DNA of 64,000 bases from Lachnoclostridium sp. UBA1308 (GTDB taxonomy: Bacteria > Bacillota > Clostridia > Lachnospirales > Lachnospiraceae): contig DBTU01000028.1 of NCBI GenBank assembly GCA_002307215.1, forward strand, positions 10,331-74,330, written 5' to 3'. Each line of letters starts with the position of its first letter. The first letter of the stretch is position 1. The position numbers were made by a program, and so were the translations under genes. The notes below the pieces were generated by a model. It was not told where the DNA came from and searched no databases. It worked only from the letters and a program-made list of their open reading frames with translations. Positions 53,879 to 64,000 of this stretch are shown piece after piece.

Positions 53879-54316
53879 ATGGCAAAGACAAAAATAGTCG
53901 TTATCCAATTAAAAGAAATCATATATACTGTGATTTTTGCAGCATTAGGTGTTCTTCTGATACTACTTCTGATTGTAATGTTTAAAGGTAATAAGGGTGA
54001 TGAGACAGCTTCAAACGATACCGATCTGTATAATGCAGGCGTATATACCTCTTCGATTTCCTTAAACGACACCGCATATAATCTTGAGGTTGTAGTGGAT
54101 AGCAACCATATCAATTCTGTTACGATACTTAATATCGATGATGCAATTACCACATTGTATCCGCTTGTTGAGCCCTCACTAGTGGCAATTAATGACCAGC
54201 TCTGTAATGATGTTTCAATTGATCAGGTGGAGATCGATGAAGATAAGCAATATACCGAGCAGCTTCTGATTGAAGCAATCAACGTTGCACTTGATAAAGC
54301 AAAATCAACGGAATAA
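53879..54316 (+). CDS. conserved membrane-anchored hypothetical protein
   Basis: MAKTKIVVIQLKEIIYT + TM; acidic extracellular domain. Confidence 0.75.
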   Translation: MAKTKIVVIQLKEIIYTVIFAALGVLLILLLIVMFKGNKGDETASNDTDLYNAGVYTSSISLNDTAYNLEVVVDSNHINSVTILNIDDAITTLYPLVEPSLVAINDQLCNDVSIDQVEIDEDKQYTEQLLIEAINVALDKAKSTE

Positions 54317-54329
54317 GTCATATTCTTCC

Positions 54330-54366
54330 GGATGCCAAAAAGCCTATCCCCGGCTTTTTGGCATCC
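54330..54366. terminator. hairpin terminator between convergent genes
   Basis: GGATGCCAAAAAGCC...GGCTTTTTGGCATCC 15-bp stem. Confidence 0.75.
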
Positions 54367-54383
54367 ACTTATTTAATATAGTT

Positions 54384-55262
54384 CTAAAAATACTTTTGAT
54401 AAGGAGACATTTCGTTAAGAAAGATTATTCCAATAATACCGGGACCCGTATGAGCACCAATCGCACAACCGACGTAATTCTCCAAAAAACCTTTGCAGCC
54501 GTAGAGTGCTATCAGCTGCTGCTTTACCATAAGCATGGTCGGTAAATCATCACCATGTACAATCCCTATCCATTGGTTCTGAAGCTCTACACCACGCTCA
54601 CCCACGATATTTATCAGCCTCTTTAAAGCTTTCTGTCTTCCCCTTATTTTTTCTATTGCCTCTAAGGCACCGGCATCATTTACCTCAATAATCGGTTTAA
54701 TGTCCAGTAAGCCTCCGGCAATCGCAGAGGTTCTGCTTAAACGCCCTCCCTTAAACAGGTATTCCAGTGTATTCACAGTAAAGACTTGTTCCATATGCTC
54801 ACAATGCCAATGAATCGCATCAATTATCTCCTGTTTCGCTGCACCCTTTTTCTGCATCAGGAGAGCATAATAAGTTACAAGGCCAAAACCGATGGAGGCA
54901 CATTTGGAATCAATAATCGTCAGATCAAACTCTGTATACAGTTCCAGAAGTTCTGCCTTCGCAAGATTTGCAGCATTATAGGTACCTGCTATTCCGGTGG
55001 AAAAGCAGATATAGATCACTTCATCTCCTCGCTCGGCATATGGCAAAAAATTATCAAAAAACATCTGCGAATTGATATGATAGGTTTTAACATCCTTCCC
55101 GCTTCGAAGGATGTTATAGAATTCCTCGGGCATCAAGTTCGTTCCGTCAAAGTAGTCCTTCTCATCAATTACTACAGGAGTAGGTATCACATGAAGGTTA
55201 AACTCATCAATGACCCATCTGGGTGTATCGGAAGCTGAATCAGTAATAATCTTAAGTGCCAT
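54384..55262 (-). CDS. DegV family fatty-acid-binding protein
   Basis: IITDSASD, IDSK, LEYLFKGGRLS, IKPII, IGAHTGPG. Confidence 0.93.
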   Translation of the reverse strand: MALKIITDSASDTPRWVIDEFNLHVIPTPVVIDEKDYFDGTNLMPEEFYNILRSGKDVKTYHINSQMFFDNFLPYAERGDEVIYICFSTGIAGTYNAANLAKAELLELYTEFDLTIIDSKCASIGFGLVTYYALLMQKKGAAKQEIIDAIHWHCEHMEQVFTVNTLEYLFKGGRLSRTSAIAGGLLDIKPIIEVNDAGALEAIEKIRGRQKALKRLINIVGERGVELQNQWIGIVHGDDLPTMLMVKQQLIALYGCKGFLENYVGCAIGAHTGPGIIGIIFLNEMSPYQKYF

Positions 55263-55344
55263 AAACTCTCCGTTCTGCCGTTGACGGCGCATAAGTATGC
55301 CTAGTGAATCCGAGTAATTTATATAAGCTTGTACTGAGGATTAC

Positions 55345-57270
55345 TTACAGTTTCTCCAGTTCTTTCATCCAAAGAGCTGCCGATGCATCGCTCGGCATTC
55401 TCAAATCACCGCGCGGGGATACGGAAACGCTTCCGACCTTAGGCCCATCCGGCAGACAGGAACGCTTAAACTGCTGGGAGAAAAATCGTCTGTAGAATAC
55501 CTTTAGCCATTTTAATATTTCCTGGTCCCCATAGCTATGGGCAAAGGCTATTTTCGCAAACCGATATACCTTACTAGGCTCAAATCCAAATCTTAATATA
55601 TAATACAAGAAGAAGTCGTGCAATTCATAAGGCCCCACAATGTCCTCTGTCTTCTGAGATATTTCTCCATCACTCGGAGGCAACAGCTCAGGACTGACCG
55701 GTGTGTCTAGGATGTCTGAAAGAACCTCCCGAAGTAAACAAACTTCTGCCGTATCGGCGTAATAAGTAACCAAGTATCGTACCAGCGTTTTAGGTACGGA
55801 GGAATTCACTCCATACATAGACATATGATCCCCATTATAGGTAGCCCAGCCAAGTGCCAACTCCGACATATCTCCGGTACCGACAACAAAGCCGTTATAT
55901 TTACCGGCGACATCCATCAAAACCTGTGTTCTCTCCCTTGCCTGGCTATTCTCATAAGTCAAATCATGATTGTTGCTGTCATGCCCAATATCCCTAAAAT
56001 GAAGCTCTACTGCCTCCCTAATCGGTATTTCCATAAGGGTAACTCCAAGACATTTTGCCAGTGTTACTGCATTACTGTAGGTTCTGTCCGTAGTTCCAAA
56101 GCAAGGCATTGTTATAGCTATGATGCCTTTTTTATCTAAATCAAGCATTTCAAAAGCTTTATAAGTCACTAATAGGGCTAAAGTGGAATCGAGGCCTCCC
56201 GAGACACCGATTACTGCACATTTCGCGCCAATATGGGCCAATCTTGTCTTTAATCCGATTGCCTGAATACTCAGAATATCTTTACATCGCTTATCCCGAT
56301 CAGCCTTTACAGACGGAACAAAAGGTGCCGGATCAATATATCTTGTTAACAAAATCTCCGGTAACAGGCCACTTTCCTCCTTAAAGGCAAAATCAATTAT
56401 TTTGTGGGTTTGCGTATTATACTTGTAATATGTATTCATTCTTCTACGCTCACTCTTTAATCTTCCGAGATCCAGTTCGCTTGAGATCATACCATTATCA
56501 AAGGTTTTTGATTCTATCAGTAATGATCCATTCTCAACAATCATATTATGGCCTGCAAATACTAAGTCTGTGGTAGATTCTCCCTCTCCGGCATCACTAT
56601 AAAGATATCCACAAATCAGTCTTGCGGAATGGCTTTTCACAAGATCTCTGCGATATACATCCTTACCGGTCAACTCATCACTGGCTGACAGATTAACTAT
56701 TACCGTTGCTCCGGCCATACAATGCCAGGTACTGGGAGGCTGAGGTATCCACAGATCCTCGCATATTTCAATCCCCAGTACAAATTCCGGTAAATTACTG
56801 CAGCGAAATAAGATATGGGATCCGAAGAAAACGGGGTCCCCCATTAAATCAACAAGTATCGGTTCAAGAATTCCTTCCGCAAAGTGTCTGGCTTCGTAGA
56901 ATTCTGTATAATTCGGTATATTCATCTTAGGAACTAACCCAAGTACTTTTCCATCCTGTAGGACTGCCGCAGTATTATATAGCTTTCCACAGACAGCAAA
57001 TGGAAATCCTACCACCGCAACCACATCTTTCCCCTTCGTAAAATCTGCAATCCGCTTTATTGCTTGAACTGCCCCCTCAAGCAGAGTATCACAAAGGAAC
57101 AAATCTCCGCAGGTATAGCCGGTAACACAAAGTTCAGGAAAGGCAATCAGTTTATTACCCTTCTTCTGTGCTTCCTCGATTAATTCCATGATTTTTAGTG
57201 TATTATATTCACAATCAGCCACCCTGATCACCGGAGTGGCTGCAGCAACCCGTACCATTCCATGCTTCAT
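55345..57270 (-). CDS. nadE: glutamine-dependent NAD+ synthetase
   Basis: Nitrilase domain (FPEL, EICEDLW) + GVSGGLDST, ENSQARER, KRSCLPDG. Confidence 0.95.
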   Translation of the reverse strand: MKHGMVRVAAATPVIRVADCEYNTLKIMELIEEAQKKGNKLIAFPELCVTGYTCGDLFLCDTLLEGAVQAIKRIADFTKGKDVVAVVGFPFAVCGKLYNTAAVLQDGKVLGLVPKMNIPNYTEFYEARHFAEGILEPILVDLMGDPVFFGSHILFRCSNLPEFVLGIEICEDLWIPQPPSTWHCMAGATVIVNLSASDELTGKDVYRRDLVKSHSARLICGYLYSDAGEGESTTDLVFAGHNMIVENGSLLIESKTFDNGMISSELDLGRLKSERRRMNTYYKYNTQTHKIIDFAFKEESGLLPEILLTRYIDPAPFVPSVKADRDKRCKDILSIQAIGLKTRLAHIGAKCAVIGVSGGLDSTLALLVTYKAFEMLDLDKKGIIAITMPCFGTTDRTYSNAVTLAKCLGVTLMEIPIREAVELHFRDIGHDSNNHDLTYENSQARERTQVLMDVAGKYNGFVVGTGDMSELALGWATYNGDHMSMYGVNSSVPKTLVRYLVTYYADTAEVCLLREVLSDILDTPVSPELLPPSDGEISQKTEDIVGPYELHDFFLYYILRFGFEPSKVYRFAKIAFAHSYGDQEILKWLKVFYRRFFSQQFKRSCLPDGPKVGSVSVSPRGDLRMPSDASAALWMKELEKL

Positions 57271-57468
57271 AGAACTCCTCCTCATTCGCCTGTTATTTCA
57301 CTATTAAAACAATTATAAATTTCTATCATTGAAAAGACAAGAAAATTCGTATTTCGGTACTATAACTTTCTAAAGAAAAAATATTGTGTCCGTCCAGTCG
57401 GCACCACATTGCCGAGCGCAGTGAGCGAATACAAACATCTTTCTTACGCTTAAGTTCACATCTATAGC

Positions 57469-57508
57469 GGAGCGTTTTTTATGTAATAGGACGCAATTTC
57501 CTATTACA
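57469..57508. repeat. dispersed palindromic repeat, copy 2
   Basis: Matches 41297-41335 except for one extra T. Confidence 0.85.
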
Positions 57509-57509
57509 C

Positions 57510-57534
57510 AAAAAAGCGGCTATAAGCCGCTTTT
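57510..57534. terminator. terminator of 6S RNA
   Basis: AAAAAAGCGGCT-A-TAAGCCGCTTTT. Confidence 0.75.
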
Positions 57535-57544
57535 ATCTTTCGTA

Positions 57545-57725
57545 TTGCACCCGAAATGCCGTTTCCTGAATTTTGACTCCTAGCTAAGCTAGGTGGGTAA
57601 CCGCACATAAGCTTCTGCCTTCCACTGCAAACGGTGGCCTGACATCTACTTAAGAATAATAGGAATCCCGTATTTCATCATGTAGGTTCAAAATGTCAGG
57701 ATTGTCGTACATCTCAGGAATTACT
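57545..57725 (-). ncRNA. ssrS: 6S RNA
   Basis: Minus strand CCTGAGATGTACG...TTGAACC...CCCACCT...GAGTCAAAA...ACGGCATTTCGGG with closing stem; TTGAAA-17-TATAAT promoter at 57734-57762; terminator downstream. Confidence 0.85.
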
Positions 57726-57817
57726 TTAATATTATTATAGCCTATAATCCACCGTTTTTCAAGGTTTTTATCAGACTATTCTCTGGAAATACTTGTAATA
57801 CATGTTTTCATAATAGG

Positions 57818-59302
57818 TTATTCATCTTCCATCGTTAGCCTCGGGAATGTAAAGATAAATTCTGTTCCGATACCGGGTGTTGAATCAACTTCAATCATTC
57901 CATCATGTTTTAATGCAATCTGCTTCGCGATTGAAAGTCCAAGGCCTGATCCGCTGGCATTCTGACGAAGATTGGATTTATAAAATTTCTCAAAGATATT
58001 GGGCAAATCAAACTCCAGAATTCCGATTCCCTCATCTCGTATTGATACTATTATTTTGTCCTCACTTGTCAATTTTATGTGCACTGTTTTATATTCATCT
58101 GAAAATTTTATCGCATTATCAAGAATTACCATGAACATCTGTCTTAGACGGTCATAATCGCCCAAAATCATAGTGCAGGGAGCATCCTTAGTAACCTCTA
58201 TTGTAATATTCTTCTTTTCCGCAATAGCTCCCGCACTTCGTATGATATCATCAAAAACCTGCTGCAGATTCACCGGCTCCTTCTCAATTGCAAAGTCAGG
58301 ATTCTGCATCTTGGACAGGATAAGCAAATCTCTTACCAATCTTTCCATGGATTTACACTCTGAAAGCATACGACCATAATATTGATTAACTTTTTCTTTA
58401 TCCTGAACCACACCATCCACCAATGTCTCCGTATATGCCCTGATTACTGTAATTGGAGTCCGAAGCTCATGTGATACATTGGCAAAGAAATCAACTCTCA
58501 TCTGCTCCAGTTTCTTTCGCTCAATGTCATTCTCCAGTAGCTTTTCAGACAGAATATCTACTGTATTGGCAAGATCACCAATTTCATCATTGCGCGTAAT
58601 ACCTGTCTTACTGTTATAATTTCCTGCCGCAAGTTCAAGCGCAGTAGCTCTCATTTTGGATATCGGTAGGGATAATTTCGTTGCAAATACAATCGCTATG
58701 ATAAAGGAGATTCCAAGTGATACAACAATACTTATGATAATCAGCTTTAAGCTACTTGAAAACATATCTTTCAGTACATCCAACTGTTGTTTTACCAAAA
58801 CGGCTCCAACCACATCACCATTAACATTGATCGGTACACTTACAGTAATTGTGGCTTTTTGATATACATCATCAAACAATTCAACTTTTCTTTTGATATG
58901 CCCATCAAATGAGCTATCTAAATAAGGCACATATTGTGAATAATCTTCCGAAGCAATGAATTCATCATAGGAAAGGCTATTTTCCATCCTCTCACCCATC
59001 GGATTAATTGCATTGGGATTTGAAATTGTCCAGATATCCCATTGATTTATTTTTTGCAAATTGTATATCAACGAAAGAAAATTATCTTTCGTGTTTCCTT
59101 GAATATATTCCGTTGCTTTCTGGCTAATTATTTCAGCTTGACTCTGTAGTTGCTTTTTACTATCCTCCATCATCATTCCCTGATAACGGTACATAAAAAT
59201 AATACCAATCAATATTGCAGCCACTACAATCATGACGGCATAATTCAGATACAGCTTAAAAAACAGCCGGTTAAAGATGTGGACCTTATTATCTTCCTTC
59301 AT
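57818..59302 (-). CDS. HAMP-domain sensor histidine kinase
   Basis: Two TMs, HAMP, SHELRTP, DNAIKF, DEGIGI, GSGLGL; start set at MKEDN to avoid overlap with the regulator. Confidence 0.93.
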   Translation of the reverse strand: MKEDNKVHIFNRLFFKLYLNYAVMIVVAAILIGIIFMYRYQGMMMEDSKKQLQSQAEIISQKATEYIQGNTKDNFLSLIYNLQKINQWDIWTISNPNAINPMGERMENSLSYDEFIASEDYSQYVPYLDSSFDGHIKRKVELFDDVYQKATITVSVPINVNGDVVGAVLVKQQLDVLKDMFSSSLKLIIISIVVSLGISFIIAIVFATKLSLPISKMRATALELAAGNYNSKTGITRNDEIGDLANTVDILSEKLLENDIERKKLEQMRVDFFANVSHELRTPITVIRAYTETLVDGVVQDKEKVNQYYGRMLSECKSMERLVRDLLILSKMQNPDFAIEKEPVNLQQVFDDIIRSAGAIAEKKNITIEVTKDAPCTMILGDYDRLRQMFMVILDNAIKFSDEYKTVHIKLTSEDKIIVSIRDEGIGILEFDLPNIFEKFYKSNLRQNASGSGLGLSIAKQIALKHDGMIEVDSTPGIGTEFIFTFPRLTMEDE

Positions 59303-59309
59303 AGCATCC

Positions 59310-60011
59310 CTACTTTTCATCAGTCTCAAATTTATATCCGACACCCCAAATTGTCTTAATGTTCCAGGAATCATGATCAAAGTTATCCAGTTTGGAACGT
59401 AAACGTTTGATGTGAGAGTCAACGGTTCTGCTGTCGCCAAAATAGTCAAATCCCCATAGGCTGTCGAGTAGGTTATCCCTGGTAAATACTTTATTCGGAT
59501 TCGTCGCCAGGGTCCACATGGTTTCTATTTCTTTTTTGGTCAAAGCAATTTTATTGCCACCTATATACAATGTATATTCCTCGAGGTTAATCTCAAGATT
59601 TCCTACTCTAAGCATATTTTCCGCGGATGCTTCCGGAGCAGTTTTCGCCATTCTCCTCATGACAGCTCTTACTCTTGCCATCACCTCTCTCGGGCTGAAG
59701 GGTTTTACAATATAATCATCTGCTCCGATATCCAGACCCATTATTTTATCAAAATCCTCGCCTCTTGCTGTTATCAGAATGACCGGTACATTGGATTTAC
59801 TTCTTATCTTCCTGCAGACTTCATAACCGTCTTCCTTCGGCATCATGACATCCAGTAATACAACATCCGGATTGTACTCCAAAAACTTCTTAATTGCTTC
59901 TTCCCCATCTCCCGCAACAATGGGTTCAAAGCCTTCCATTCTGGAATATGTGGCCAAAATATCCGTTATGTCCTGATTATCATCAGCGATTAATATATGT
60001 TGCATGAACAA
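59310..60011 (-). CDS. OmpR/PhoB family response regulator
   Basis: IADD, LDVMMP, GADDYIVKPF, RTVDSHIKRLR, TIWGVGYKF. Confidence 0.95.
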   Translation of the reverse strand: MFMQHILIADDNQDITDILATYSRMEGFEPIVAGDGEEAIKKFLEYNPDVVLLDVMMPKEDGYEVCRKIRSKSNVPVILITARGEDFDKIMGLDIGADDYIVKPFSPREVMARVRAVMRRMAKTAPEASAENMLRVGNLEINLEEYTLYIGGNKIALTKKEIETMWTLATNPNKVFTRDNLLDSLWGFDYFGDSRTVDSHIKRLRSKLDNFDHDSWNIKTIWGVGYKFETDEK

Positions 60012-60402
60012 ATCCCCCCTTATAGTTCATTTCACACCAAAATATACACTAATATGCCTAATCTTCTTTCGGGTATTCAATAATTACTTTGTTTATTATA
60101 TATTACTTTATAGTATGAAAACAAGTAGTAAAACTTATCAATAATAATAAAATACATAATTCTACATTAATTATATTTTGTGCAGAGTAATATACATATT
60201 TTTACCTATTTACGGAAGGCCCTGATTTCAACGGTCTCCTTCATATCTAGGACTATTTAGTTTAAAAAACAACAGATATATGTTAATTATTTATTATATA
60301 AATTTGACAATATGACACTTTTTTGACAAAAACCAATGGTATTCTTTAGGAAGAATAGATAGGATGTGGCATGAGGAATTTCCAGAATCCGAAGGAGCAG
60401 CC

Positions 60403-61212
60403 ATGAAGAATAAATTATTACATAAAGGCTTCATATTATTTGGCCTATTTCTTTTCTTTTCCGTACTGGTTCCGTTTTTACCGAGCAGTGTTGCAACTGC
60501 AATGGCTGATACGGGGAAAGATAAGATAGAAGCTTGTCGGCTTAATGTATCATATCTTGTTTTAGCAAAAGATACGACATTTCCGTTGAAGACTTACAAT
60601 TTAAGTGAAGATGCAAAGATCAGTTTTAAATCCGACGATGAAGAAATTGCTTCTATTAATGGTGATGGTCTTATTTCTGCTAAAAAAGTAGGAACTACTG
60701 TTATTACAGCAACCATCAAGCAAGGCTCTGATTCAACACCCCTAACCTGTGATCTTACAGTTGGCCCTGCCGCTATCAGTGTAAAGTGGACTCAATCCAT
60801 CGTTATATTGAGCCTTGACAGCACCGAGACATTAAATGTCATATTAAAGCCGAGCAATACTGTTGAAGATGCCAAGTTAACCAGCTTAAATTCCGATATC
60901 GTATCGGTGACGCCGGGTGGACGCGCTTCTGCTAAGAGTTATGGTTATGCTGAATTACGTGCCTATATTAAAAATTCCGGATCACCAAGATATGATGCCT
61001 GTGGTGTTATCGTTACCAGTGCGGAGAATGTCTCTAAACTGGAAGATTATTTCAGTGAGCACACCGAGTTGGATCAAATATTGAAGGAAGATTTATGTAG
61101 CGCATTGGATCAGTTTTTCAACAAAGAATTTGACCAAACTTCATCTTCTAATTTAATCACCAACCTTGATCGTTATTTAAACGATACCTTTACTTTCACC
61201 AAATCAAAATAG
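60403..61212 (+). CDS. secreted protein with bacterial Ig-like (Big_2) domains
   Basis: Signal peptide; FKSDDEEIASINGDGLISAKKVGTTVITAT repeat type. Confidence 0.8.
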   Translation: MKNKLLHKGFILFGLFLFFSVLVPFLPSSVATAMADTGKDKIEACRLNVSYLVLAKDTTFPLKTYNLSEDAKISFKSDDEEIASINGDGLISAKKVGTTVITATIKQGSDSTPLTCDLTVGPAAISVKWTQSIVILSLDSTETLNVILKPSNTVEDAKLTSLNSDIVSVTPGGRASAKSYGYAELRAYIKNSGSPRYDACGVIVTSAENVSKLEDYFSEHTELDQILKEDLCSALDQFFNKEFDQTSSSNLITNLDRYLNDTFTFTKSK

Positions 61213-61230
61213 TAAATTGAGATAATAATA

Positions 61231-61264
61231 ATAAAAAACACGTATTGGAATACGTGTTTTTTAT
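61231..61264. terminator. intrinsic terminator
   Basis: ATAAAAAACACGTATT-GG-AATACGTGTTTTTTAT perfect inverted repeat. Confidence 0.8.
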
Positions 61265-61295
61265 TTAAGTTTTTATCTGAAATGGAGGCACATAT

Positions 61296-61412
61296 ATGAA
61301 TTTTGAATTTGCTCATAATAACTATAATGTCTATGATTTAGAGAAGTCGATTAAATTCTATAGGGAGGCGCTTGATTTAAGGGAAATAAATCGCATTCTT
61401 ATGATAATTTAG
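61296..61412 (+). pseudogene. truncated glyoxalase/lactoylglutathione lyase (VOC) remnant
   Basis: GGAGG RBS; MNFEFAHNNYNVYDLEKSIKFYREALDL then stop after 38 aa. Confidence 0.75.
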
Positions 61413-61426
61413 CCGAATGTTTATTC

Positions 61427-64000
61427 TCAGATCTTTGCTATATCCACCAGCGTAATATCACTGTTGTCGCTTTCCATACTGGTAATCAGCGCTGCTGCAG
61501 TATCTAAAGCTGTGAAGCAGGTAACCCCTGTCTCGATGGAGGTTCGCCTTATTATGAAGCCGTCTCTTTGCTTATTACGTCCCTGGGTAGGTGTATTAAC
61601 TACCATATCAATCTGATGACTTAAGATCAGATCAAGGATGTTCGGAGTCCCCTGTTCAATCTTAGGGATGATAGTTGCAGGTACTCCATTATCAATTAAA
61701 GCATTTGCTGTTCCGTCGGTTGCATAAATCTGATATCCGAGTTTAACCAGTCTTCTTCCCAGTTCTACTGCTTCTCCTCTGTCAGCCTTATTCACTGACA
61801 TAATCATCTTCTTGTATTTCGGAAGATTGATTCCGGCACCGAGAAAGGCTTTATATAAGGCTTCATGATAGGTCTTTGCAATACCGAGGCATTCGCCTGT
61901 TGACTTCATCTCCGGTCCTAAGCTGGTCTCTGCACCACGTAACTTCTCGAAAGAAAATACCGGCATCTTAATTGCAATATATTCTGACTCCGGCCATAAG
62001 CCCGGTGTATATCCGAGGGATTTTATCTTGGCCCCGAGAATTACTTTGGTTGCGATATCAACAATCGGAAGTGCCGTAACCTTGCTGATATACGGTACTG
62101 TACGGCTGGATCTGGGATTAACCTCAATTACATATACTTTTTCATCATATACAATAAACTGTATATTTATTAATCCGATTACATGAAGAGAATTAGCAAG
62201 CTTCTTCGTATAATCCACAATTAATGCTTTTACCGCCTCACTGATGCTTTGTGACGGATACACGGAGATACTGTCACCGGAGTGTATTCCGGCTCTCTCG
62301 AGGTGCTCCATGATACCCGGAATTAAGACATCCTCCCCATCACAAACCGCATCAACTTCCACTTCCTTGCCCATGATATATTTATCAACCAGGATTGGAT
62401 GTTCCTGAACCGTCATGTTGATAATCTTCATGAATTCCACAATATCATCGTCAGAAATGGCTATTTGCATTCCTTGTCCGCCAAGTACATAGGAAGGACG
62501 TACCAATACCGGATAGTTAAGCTCATTCGCTGCTGCAATCGCTTCTTCTGTGGTATATACTGTCTTGCCTGCAGGTCTCGGTATCTGGCATTTCTCAAGA
62601 ATCTGATCAAATAATTCCCTGTCTTCTGCTGCGTCTACATCAGCAGCAGAGGTTCCAAGAATCGGAACGCCCATCTTTAACAAAGCATCCGTAAGCTTAA
62701 TCGCTGTCTGTCCACCAAACTGAACCACCGCACCATCCGGCTGTTCCATATCTACGATGCTCTCAACATCCTCCGGAGTTAACGGTTCAAAGTAAAGCTT
62801 GTCTGCAATATCAAAGTCCGTACTCACGGTCTCCGGATTATTATTTACAATAATCGTCTCACAGCCGCTCTTTGATAAAGCCCACACACTGTGAACGGAA
62901 CAATAATCAAATTCAATACCCTGTCCGATACGGATCGGGCCGGAACCAAGTACCATAATTTTCTTTCTTCCGGAAGTTTTCTCCACTTCATTAAAGCTTC
63001 CGAAGGTGGAATAATAATAAGGTGTTTCCGCATCAAATTCCGCCGCACAGGTATCTACCATTTTATAAGCTGCTATAATACCATTCTGCTTACGCATCGT
63101 CTTAATCTCAACAGCCGCCTTACCTGTCAGTTCGGCAATAACACGATCCGGGTAACCAAGAACTTTAGCTTTCAATAAAAGTTCTACTGATAGAGGCTTA
63201 TTGATAAGCTCCTTCTCCATCTCGACCAAATTAGCAATCTTGTCGATAAACCAGATATCAATTTTTGTGATTTCATTGATTTCCTCATAGGATATCCCTT
63301 TGCGAATTGCTTCTGCGATCACAAACAGACGTCTGTCATCTATCTGGCTCAGTTCGGTTCTGATTTCTTCTACGGATTTCTCTGCATAATTACCATATTT
63401 CAAACTGTAGATATTCTGCTCAAGAGAACGAAGTGCCTTCATCAAAGCAGCCTCGAAATTGGTGCTGATGGACATTACCTCCCCGGTAGCCTTCATCTGG
63501 GTAGTCAGCTGTCTCTTAGCAGTAATGAATTTATCAAAGGGCCATTTAGGAATCTTAACAACGACATAATCAAGTGTCGGCTCGAAACTGGCGTACGTCT
63601 TCTTCGTAACAGCATTTTCTATTTCATCCAGTTGAAAACCAAGTGCAATCTTTGCAGCAACCTTAGCAATCGGATAACCGGTAGCTTTTGAAGCAAGTGC
63701 TGAAGAACGGCTTACACGCGGATTTACCTCAATAACACAGTATTCAAAGGTATCGGGGTGAAGTGCGTATTGTACGTTACAACCTCCGGTAATTTTCAGC
63801 TCTGTAATGATGTTCATTGCGGAGGTACGAAGCATCTGATACTCTTTATCTCCCATTGTCTGGGAGGGTGCCACTACAATACTATCCCCGGTATGCACGC
63901 CAACCGGATCGATGTTTTCCATATTACATACTGTAATGCAGTTACCTGCACTATCACGCATAACTTCATACTCGATTTCTTTCCAGCCTGCGATACAGCG
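61427..64000 (-). CDS. carB: carbamoyl-phosphate synthase large subunit (5' end beyond window)
   Basis: GVHTGDS, IEVNPRVSRSS, GSGPIRIGQGIEFDY, C-terminal MGS domain. Confidence 0.97.
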   Translation of the reverse strand, partial: RCIAGWKEIEYEVMRDSAGNCITVCNMENIDPVGVHTGDSIVVAPSQTMGDKEYQMLRTSAMNIITELKITGGCNVQYALHPDTFEYCVIEVNPRVSRSSALASKATGYPIAKVAAKIALGFQLDEIENAVTKKTYASFEPTLDYVVVKIPKWPFDKFITAKRQLTTQMKATGEVMSISTNFEAALMKALRSLEQNIYSLKYGNYAEKSVEEIRTELSQIDDRRLFVIAEAIRKGISYEEINEITKIDIWFIDKIANLVEMEKELINKPLSVELLLKAKVLGYPDRVIAELTGKAAVEIKTMRKQNGIIAAYKMVDTCAAEFDAETPYYYSTFGSFNEVEKTSGRKKIMVLGSGPIRIGQGIEFDYCSVHSVWALSKSGCETIIVNNNPETVSTDFDIADKLYFEPLTPEDVESIVDMEQPDGAVVQFGGQTAIKLTDALLKMGVPILGTSAADVDAAEDRELFDQILEKCQIPRPAGKTVYTTEEAIAAANELNYPVLVRPSYVLGGQGMQIAISDDDIVEFMKIINMTVQEHPILVDKYIMGKEVEVDAVCDGEDVLIPGIMEHLERAGIHSGDSISVYPSQSISEAVKALIVDYTKKLANSLHVIGLINIQFIVYDEKVYVIEVNPRSSRTVPYISKVTALPIVDIATKVILGAKIKSLGYTPGLWPESEYIAIKMPVFSFEKLRGAETSLGPEMKSTGECLGIAKTYHEALYKAFLGAGINLPKYKKMIMSVNKADRGEAVELGRRLVKLGYQIYATDGTANALIDNGVPATIIPKIEQGTPNILDLILSHQIDMVVNTPTQGRNKQRDGFIIRRTSIETGVTCFTALDTAAALITSMESDNSDITLVDIAKI

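Noticed and set aside
57290-57470. NAD+ riboswitch upstream of nadE
   Set aside because: The GC hairpins here are better explained by the dispersed repeat and the 6S terminator; no consensus match
59303-59449. Long N-terminal extension of the histidine kinase ORF
   Set aside because: Overlaps the response regulator; ATG 59302 follows the regulator stop with an RBS

Overview
A 64 kb stretch of chromosome from a low-GC, spore-forming Clostridia member, probably Lachnospiraceae (inferred from gene content: DUF5717-like gene, addAB, alpha/beta SASP, GH94, xylB/xylR). Most of it is housekeeping on the minus strand: purA/B/C/F, carB, nadE, dut, hslO, addAB, a two-component system, ABC/MFS transporters, 6S RNA and a yybP-ykoY Mn riboswitch. 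AT-rich accessory patches and several gene remnants are interspersed. The best candidate for an undescribed system is a co-oriented three-gene cassette at 39.1-43.0 kb. It encodes a CorA-like two-TM protein resembling the type III CRISPR-associated CorA effectors, a HEPN(RNxxxH)-V4R fusion and a divergent asparaginase-fold enzyme, which suggests a small-molecule-gated defence or toxin module with no CRISPR nearby. Other notable items are a ~340-bp imperfect palindrome with G-U-biased mismatches (18.5-18.8 kb), a 121-bp MITE with an 8-bp target-site duplication in the riboswitch leader, a leader-peptide attenuator before an MFS pump, an orphan MerR/AdhR-type promoter and a 9-bp VNTR. Family assignments come from motif recognition by eye; no database searches were run.
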